Source: Lishizhenia tianjinensis
GTDB taxonomy: Bacteria > Bacteroidota > Bacteroidia > Flavobacteriales_D > Crocinitomicaceae
Reading direction: 5' to 3'
Assembly: GCA_945902115.1 (NCBI GenBank)
Contig: CAMDLY010000003.1
Span: 14,029 to 78,028 of the forward strand
DNA length: 64,000 nucleotides
In this document: in pieces, positions 59,873-64,000 of the stretch
Layout of the letters: each line of letters opens with the position of its first letter
Numbering within the stretch: position 1 is the first letter of the stretch
Notes under the pieces: generated by a model
The model's database searches: none
What the model was told of the DNA's origin: nothing
The model's input: only the letters and a program-made list of their open reading frames with translations
Position numbers and translations under genes: made by a program

Positions 59873-60559
59873 CTAGTCAAGTTGTTCGAATGAACGAATT
59901 GCATTGTTTGAACTAAAATAGAGCGTGTAATTTTTACCTACTGTAAAAACTTGGCTAACAAAACTGAATGCAAATGCTTGCTCGCCCATCACTACATATT
60001 CAATTTTGCTGCGGTATTCTATTTTTATCGGACCGCTTATTTTGTCAACCGTTCCTTGTTGCGCAGCTTTACGTGCTTTCCAATAGAAAAAAAGGCCAAT
60101 GGCACTTAGGGGCAAAAAACTAAAGATGGAAAGGACTATCCCCCTTTCTACCATCAGAAGGATTAAAACACTAAAGATTACTGAAAGTGCACCAAAGACA
60201 ACCAAGATAGTTAAACCCGCTTTTTGGGTTTGCTTTTTTTGCCTATCGCTTAAAAATCCTTTTCTATTTATCTTCAAATCCTCTTCAGTAAAACTAAAAA
60301 AAGGATAATTTACCCCTTTGCTTTTTGTTTTTGGTTGAATGGGGGTGGTCTCGTTTTGAGCAATTTTTGCTATACGATCTAGCGTTTGGTTGCCAAAGGA
60401 TTTGTATTCTATAATTTCATCTGCAGTTAAATGAATGTATTTACTATACATACCAACACTGCCGCAAATAACTTCTAAAACATAATCATCATTTAGATTA
60501 TATAAGACATAATTCCAAGGACTTTTGGTTATTTCTGTATAATTGTCGAGGTTAATCAT
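59873..60559 (-). CDS. hypothetical membrane protein (two central transmembrane helices)
   Basis: 228 aa ORF. It has a soluble N-terminal ~100 aa, two hydrophobic helices (LTILVVFGALSVIFSVLILLMV and VLSIFSFLPLSAIGLFFYW) and a soluble C-terminal ~60 aa. I recognise no family. Confidence 0.45.
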   Translation of the reverse strand: MINLDNYTEITKSPWNYVLYNLNDDYVLEVICGSVGMYSKYIHLTADEIIEYKSFGNQTLDRIAKIAQNETTPIQPKTKSKGVNYPFFSFTEEDLKINRKGFLSDRQKKQTQKAGLTILVVFGALSVIFSVLILLMVERGIVLSIFSFLPLSAIGLFFYWKARKAAQQGTVDKISGPIKIEYRSKIEYVVMGEQAFAFSFVSQVFTVGKNYTLYFSSNNAIRSFEQLD

Positions 60560-60575
60560 GCTTTTCCAGATGTTG

Positions 60576-61619
60576 TTACTTTAACTTTTCACAGTTGATT
60601 TCACCTTCTAATTGAAAGCGTTCAAATTCCGAATCACTAAACGCACCATTACCATTATTAATTCTACGGAAATAAACATCACCAAAAAAGCATTTATCAT
60701 TTTCTGAATAAACAATAGTACACCTAGCTGCTTTTGATTTTATGGTGCCATCTACTTTATTGGTTATTGAATAAGATTGAACATAATTTATATATTTTAC
60801 TTTTGAACCAGGTTGCGCATTCTCAAACAATTCTATGGCATGCGCTTTTGATACTTCTGCATCTTTTTCATTAAAACTGTTTGACTGGTAACCCTCTGGA
60901 AGTTCATTATGAACATAATGTTTTGTTTTTCGGGAATTAGTGGACGGGTAACGTACATCAAACAAATACTGTGATCTCAACCCTTTTAACTTTAATGGTT
61001 GATTATTTTTTTTTAATTCACCCTTTGAGTTGGTATATTCAATGGTAATGATGGTGTTAGCGTCTTTTGGACTATCGCTAATTGCCATATTGTTAACTGC
61101 ATCAACACTACTTTTGATGTATGAGTTGTTTTCAAAATCAGGAAAGGAAGATGCCGCATTAACATCTGGTAGTAAATCGAAAAAAAGATAGGTTGTTCCT
61201 TTTCCTTCTGGATCATAGTTGACCGCAAACACACTTAATTCACCAGGATTTGATTGGTTTTTGGATTTTAATTCCATTACTGCTTTTACTTTTGTTTGGT
61301 TTAAAGCACCAAACCAACATTTCCAAGCAATTGCACCCGACTTTTTTGCAGTTGCGTTATGTGCACCTGTGTGTTTTGTATGGTATAAAAATAAATTGTT
61401 TCCAGATGGCGTGCCGAACAAATCAAAAAAACCTGCATCATCAATTTTGATAACACCATATGCATTTTGCTTGGTTATATCTATTTCGTTGATGCCCACC
61501 AATGTGGAGGTTGCGGTATCTTCAATTACAAAAGGTTTTTCAGTAATAATTATCGTTTGTCCAACGGAGAAAAAGGGAGACAAAAAAAACAATATTGCAA
61601 GATGGTTGAGTTTTTTCAT
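60576..61619 (-). CDS. hypothetical secreted protein
   Basis: About 347 aa from the internal ATG (MKKLNHLAILFFLSPFFSVGQ, signal-like). I recognise no motif. It ends 16 nt upstream of the start of the 59873-60559 ORF. Confidence 0.5.
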   Translation of the reverse strand: MKKLNHLAILFFLSPFFSVGQTIIITEKPFVIEDTATSTLVGINEIDITKQNAYGVIKIDDAGFFDLFGTPSGNNLFLYHTKHTGAHNATAKKSGAIAWKCWFGALNQTKVKAVMELKSKNQSNPGELSVFAVNYDPEGKGTTYLFFDLLPDVNAASSFPDFENNSYIKSSVDAVNNMAISDSPKDANTIITIEYTNSKGELKKNNQPLKLKGLRSQYLFDVRYPSTNSRKTKHYVHNELPEGYQSNSFNEKDAEVSKAHAIELFENAQPGSKVKYINYVQSYSITNKVDGTIKSKAARCTIVYSENDKCFFGDVYFRRINNGNGAFSDSEFERFQLEGEINCEKLK

Positions 61620-61640
61620 TTCTAATTGATTTTGGTTAAA

Positions 61641-61648
61641 CAAATATA
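61641..61648 (-). promoter_or_regulatory. -7 promoter box TATATTTG inside a cassette
   Basis: Exact TAnnTTTG match on the minus strand, 21 nt upstream of the ATG at 61619. Confidence 0.4.
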
Positions 61649-61801
61649 GAAAAGTTTTTATTGTTTGCAAGAAAACAAATTTCGTAATTCAATTTAACCA
61701 TACGTTGCAAAAACGTAGAAATTCTTACACCACAAAATATTTATTCCAATCTATTTTTTAAACGATAGCCCTTTTTCTTTTAATGCTTTTTGTAAAATGG
61801 T

Positions 61802-61946
61802 GCATAACGTTTTGGCGCTTGGCGAAGAAGCGGATTTCGAAGCACTAAACTGTCTGCCATCACTAAACTTGATACGAAGCACAATCCCGATAGCTATCGG
61901 GATCATTTAACCACTGAACCGCCAATTTCTTGTAGGTGCTGTTAGC
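61802..61946 (-). repeat. attC-like structured repeat, copy 2 (145 nt, irregular stem)
   Basis: On the + strand it reads GCATAAC ... GTTAGCC with terminal helix GC(A)TAACG/TGTTAGC. It shares TAACGTTTTG and TAGGTGCTGTTAGC with copy 1. It shares ATTTAACCACTGAAC (15/15) and TACGAAGCAC (10/10) with copy 3. It contains the 20-nt perfect palindrome ATCCCGATAGCTATCGGGAT (61884-61903) and lies 30 nt past the stop codon of the T9SS-cargo gene. Confidence 0.7.
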
Positions 61947-61976
61947 CACAGTGAAGTTTGTCGTTGTACAGTCGTG

Positions 61977-63206
61977 TCAGTCAGTGATTACTAGTTTGCT
62001 TTGTGTAATAATTTTATTGTCTTTTGTTAAGCGAATAAAATAAATTCCGCTTGCTAAATTATCCCTGTCTATTTTTATTTCATTTCCGGAAATCCTATTT
62101 ATTGTTTTTACCTTTTGCCCAAACACATTATAAAGGTTGACTTCTGCCTCATGCAACATGGAGTTACTTTGAATAGTTGTAAAATCATTAAATGGATTTG
62201 GAGAAATGCTTAATTGATTTACATCGGTTTGGTTTTCTAAAACAGCAGTAACTAAAGTCAAATCACAATCCAAAATAAAAGGTTGGGAGTTGTAATTGTT
62301 TTTCCAGATTGTTACCACTTCAGGTATGAACTTCCACTCCACTTTGTTTTGAGAAACCAATACGTTAATGGAGTCCATGAGGTCATCCATTTTTACGTTA
62401 ATGAAACCGGGTACTCCAAGATAGCTTTCTCTAAAAAAAACACTTGTGCAATAAAAACCGTTTGCTGGGGCCGCGCCAGATTGAATAGCATTTACTATAT
62501 AGCGAATTTCATTCATTACAGTAGTAATATTTGTAGTGTCATGCACTTCTATCTTACAACCCTGCCCGTAATTGATAAGGTGATTAGAAGGTTGGTGTGT
62601 GAAAAACGAAGTCATAGATTGAGGTTTCCACATTCCGTAATCTACCGGATCATTTGTATGGCCCGGTGTTGCTGCCCCCCAAAGGATTTCAGGCGCCCAT
62701 GTATAATTTGGGAATACAACTCCTGCCGTAGGGTTTTGATAATCTTGCCAGTCGTGTCCACTTTGAAGCTGGCTATATAAAAACCCACTCATTACAGTTC
62801 CGGGATTTACACCCAAACTATCATGAAGTTTTGCAACATCTGCATTGTTGTATGTGCTTTCGTGCGCATGAGGATCACATTCTACATTATTTATGTAAGC
62901 GGAGGAAATGTATTTTAATACATTTTGACCACCTGTGTTCATCTGAACAGTTCCTGTATCATATTTTATTACCGCTCTCAACAGTATATGATCGCTTCCT
63001 AAATGCCACTTAGCTCCTTTAGCAGTAGCCAATTGGGCCATCTGTATTATTCTGGGTCTTACGCTGTAAAACGAAGGAGGGTTAGTTAAGTAAGTGTAAT
63101 TTTCTTCGTTATGCGAAACAATGTTGATATATAATTTTGGAAGTTGAGCCTGAGCAATAAAAAATGTGAATGTAAACTGCAAGGCAAGTAGTAATTTCTT
63201 TTTCAT
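61977..63206 (-). CDS. secreted protein with a T9SS C-terminal sorting domain; N-terminal domain unknown, possibly a metal-dependent hydrolase
   Basis: About 409 aa from the internal ATG (MKKKLLLALQF...AQAQ). The Por-type tail is LSISPNPFNDFTTIQ...LASGIYFIRLTKDNKIITQSKLVITD. Candidate metal ligands are SHNEE and DPHAHE. Confidence 0.7.
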   Translation of the reverse strand: MKKKLLLALQFTFTFFIAQAQLPKLYINIVSHNEENYTYLTNPPSFYSVRPRIIQMAQLATAKGAKWHLGSDHILLRAVIKYDTGTVQMNTGGQNVLKYISSAYINNVECDPHAHESTYNNADVAKLHDSLGVNPGTVMSGFLYSQLQSGHDWQDYQNPTAGVVFPNYTWAPEILWGAATPGHTNDPVDYGMWKPQSMTSFFTHQPSNHLINYGQGCKIEVHDTTNITTVMNEIRYIVNAIQSGAAPANGFYCTSVFFRESYLGVPGFINVKMDDLMDSINVLVSQNKVEWKFIPEVVTIWKNNYNSQPFILDCDLTLVTAVLENQTDVNQLSISPNPFNDFTTIQSNSMLHEAEVNLYNVFGQKVKTINRISGNEIKIDRDNLASGIYFIRLTKDNKIITQSKLVITD

Positions 63207-63292
63207 TTTCTTTTTGTCAGTGATTATAGTGCTGACTCTGCACTTTTTAGTTGAATCCAAGGTCAATAATATTCTGTCTTTGTTGCATTGTG

Positions 63293-63423
63293 GCTAACGG
63301 TTCTCAGCTATACGCAGGCAGGGATTTAACCACTGAACTTCCCACGAAGAACTGAACTTTAAATTTATCACTTTCCTGTCCTACGAAGCACGAAACCCCT
63401 GCTTGCGTATAGGTGATGTTAGC
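63293..63423 (-). repeat. attC-like structured repeat, copy 3 (131 nt)
   Basis: On the + strand it reads GGCTAAC ... GTTAGCG with terminal helix GCTAACG/TGTTAGC and an 8x4 internal loop. A 16-bp stem pairs 63308-63323 (CTATACGCAGGCAGGG) with 63397-63412 (CCCTGCTTGCGTATAG). It lies 12 nt past the DUF1801 stop codon. Confidence 0.7.
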
Positions 63424-63434
63424 GGGTCGTTGTT

Positions 63435-63890
63435 CTATTTTTTCATTGTTTTTTCGTAAATATTTATCCATTCTTTGACACTTATTTTCTTCATTAAGTC
63501 ACCAATGAGTTTGTATGGAATTTCGTCTAGCTTTTTAAAACGAATACAACTTTTTCCCATATCAAGTTTTTGCTTAGTGTGCTTTGGATATTCCGTTACA
63601 AACCATTCCAATAATTTGGTGTCTGCATAAATGCCCATATGGTAAAAATTAATAGAATTTTTCTGCGAAGCAAGTCCTGCAAATGGTAGTGGTTCACTTG
63701 GTTTACAATGATAACCTGCTGGATAAATTGTATGAGGGACAACATATCCCAAACCACCATAACTAATGGCTGCTTCAAAACCGTCCGGCAGGTTCTTTAC
63801 TATAACTTCGTGTAGTTTGTTAAAAGGTTCTGACCTGTCTTTGGGAAGGTTTGTCAGAATTTCGTTTACAGTTTTTCCGTTTGCTTTCAT
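63435..63890 (-). CDS. DUF1801-like protein (cassette-borne paralog)
   Basis: 151 aa. See the alignment with the 56049-56519 product. Confidence 0.6.
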   Translation of the reverse strand: MKANGKTVNEILTNLPKDRSEPFNKLHEVIVKNLPDGFEAAISYGGLGYVVPHTIYPAGYHCKPSEPLPFAGLASQKNSINFYHMGIYADTKLLEWFVTEYPKHTKQKLDMGKSCIRFKKLDEIPYKLIGDLMKKISVKEWINIYEKTMKK

Positions 63891-63902
63891 ATGTGATTAG
63901 TG

Positions 63903-64000
63903 TTAACGATGTTGGTCAAGTAAAATCACATTTCCGTCAGGGTCGGTTAGCATTAGGCTTGCAGGCCCTTTGGTTTTTTCGTCAGCTTCGCTTGTAAGTT
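63903..64000 (-). CDS. VOC/glyoxalase-family protein, C-terminal fragment (partial at the window edge)
   Basis: Hand translation of the minus strand gives ...LTSEADEKTKGPASLMLTDPDGNVILLDQHR-stop. The DPDGN.I.L ending is typical of the VOC fold. Only 32 codons are visible. Confidence 0.4.
   Translation of the reverse strand, partial: LTSEADEKTKGPASLMLTDPDGNVILLDQHR

Larger units (their letters stand above)
58718..64000 (-). mobile_element. integron-like gene-cassette array; no integrase in the window and the array continues past 64000
   Basis: Minus-strand ORFs alternate with attC-like structured repeats placed 7-30 nt after their stop codons. The repeat boxes are RYYYAAC-like and GTTRRRY-like. 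The 10-nt box extensions are complementary across the cassettes (58843-58852 with 59662-59671; 61941-61950 with 63289-63298). Confidence 0.55.

Noticed and set aside
62283-62780. A 165-aa + strand ORF antisense to the T9SS-cargo gene
   Set aside because: It is entirely antisense to a well-supported CDS. It is Cys/Arg-rich and of low plausibility, with no signal, motif or promoter.
58718-63423. The three structured repeats interpreted as REP/BIME elements or MITEs with GCTAAC/GTTAGC terminal inverted repeats
   Set aside because: This reading is less parsimonious. The box extensions pair across the intervening gene rather than within one element (clearest for copy 3). No target-site duplications are visible, and all copies share one orientation immediately 3' of co-oriented ORFs. 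It cannot be fully excluded without a genome-wide census of the repeat.
58718-63423. A CRISPR array
   Set aside because: The repeats are 131-145 nt, imperfect, internally palindromic and separated by 0.8-2 kb of protein-coding sequence. No cas genes are present.

Overview
This is an AT-rich chromosomal segment that looks Bacteroidota (Flavobacteriia-like). Supporting signs are two proteins with T9SS C-terminal sorting domains, GWxTD, DUF4835 and S46-peptidase genes, TAnnTTTG -7 promoter boxes and no Shine-Dalgarno sites. All calls come from reading the sequence and recognising motifs; no database search was run.

Positions 1-58.7 kb are densely packed housekeeping genes. They include ilvE-ilvD-ilvB-ilvN behind an Ile/Val-rich leader-peptide attenuator, an MBL-rhodanese/ettA/lhgO operon, and a BamA/TamA-like barrel. 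They also include GWxTD-GT2-GH92, an S46 peptidase, pyrG-yidC-tal, and a long minus-strand block running from recN to mltF. The rest comprises tRNA-Val(TAC), a small FkbM/GT4/GT2 glycan cluster, ffh, an ECF-type sigma factor, an aminotransferase and a DnaQ-GIY-YIG fusion.

The last ~5.3 kb (58.7-64.0 kb) is different. Every intergenic gap between its minus-strand genes holds a copy of a 131-145 nt structured imperfect-palindrome repeat. Each copy is bounded by RYYYAAC-like and GTTRRRY-like boxes. The box extensions are exactly complementary across the intervening gene rather than within a single repeat.

I read this as an integron-type gene-cassette array built on a host-specific attC family. 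Its cargo is a PhzF-family gene, a two-gene unit of unknown function, a T9SS-secreted protein, and a DUF1801 paralog followed by a VOC fragment. No integrase lies in the window, and the array runs off the right edge.
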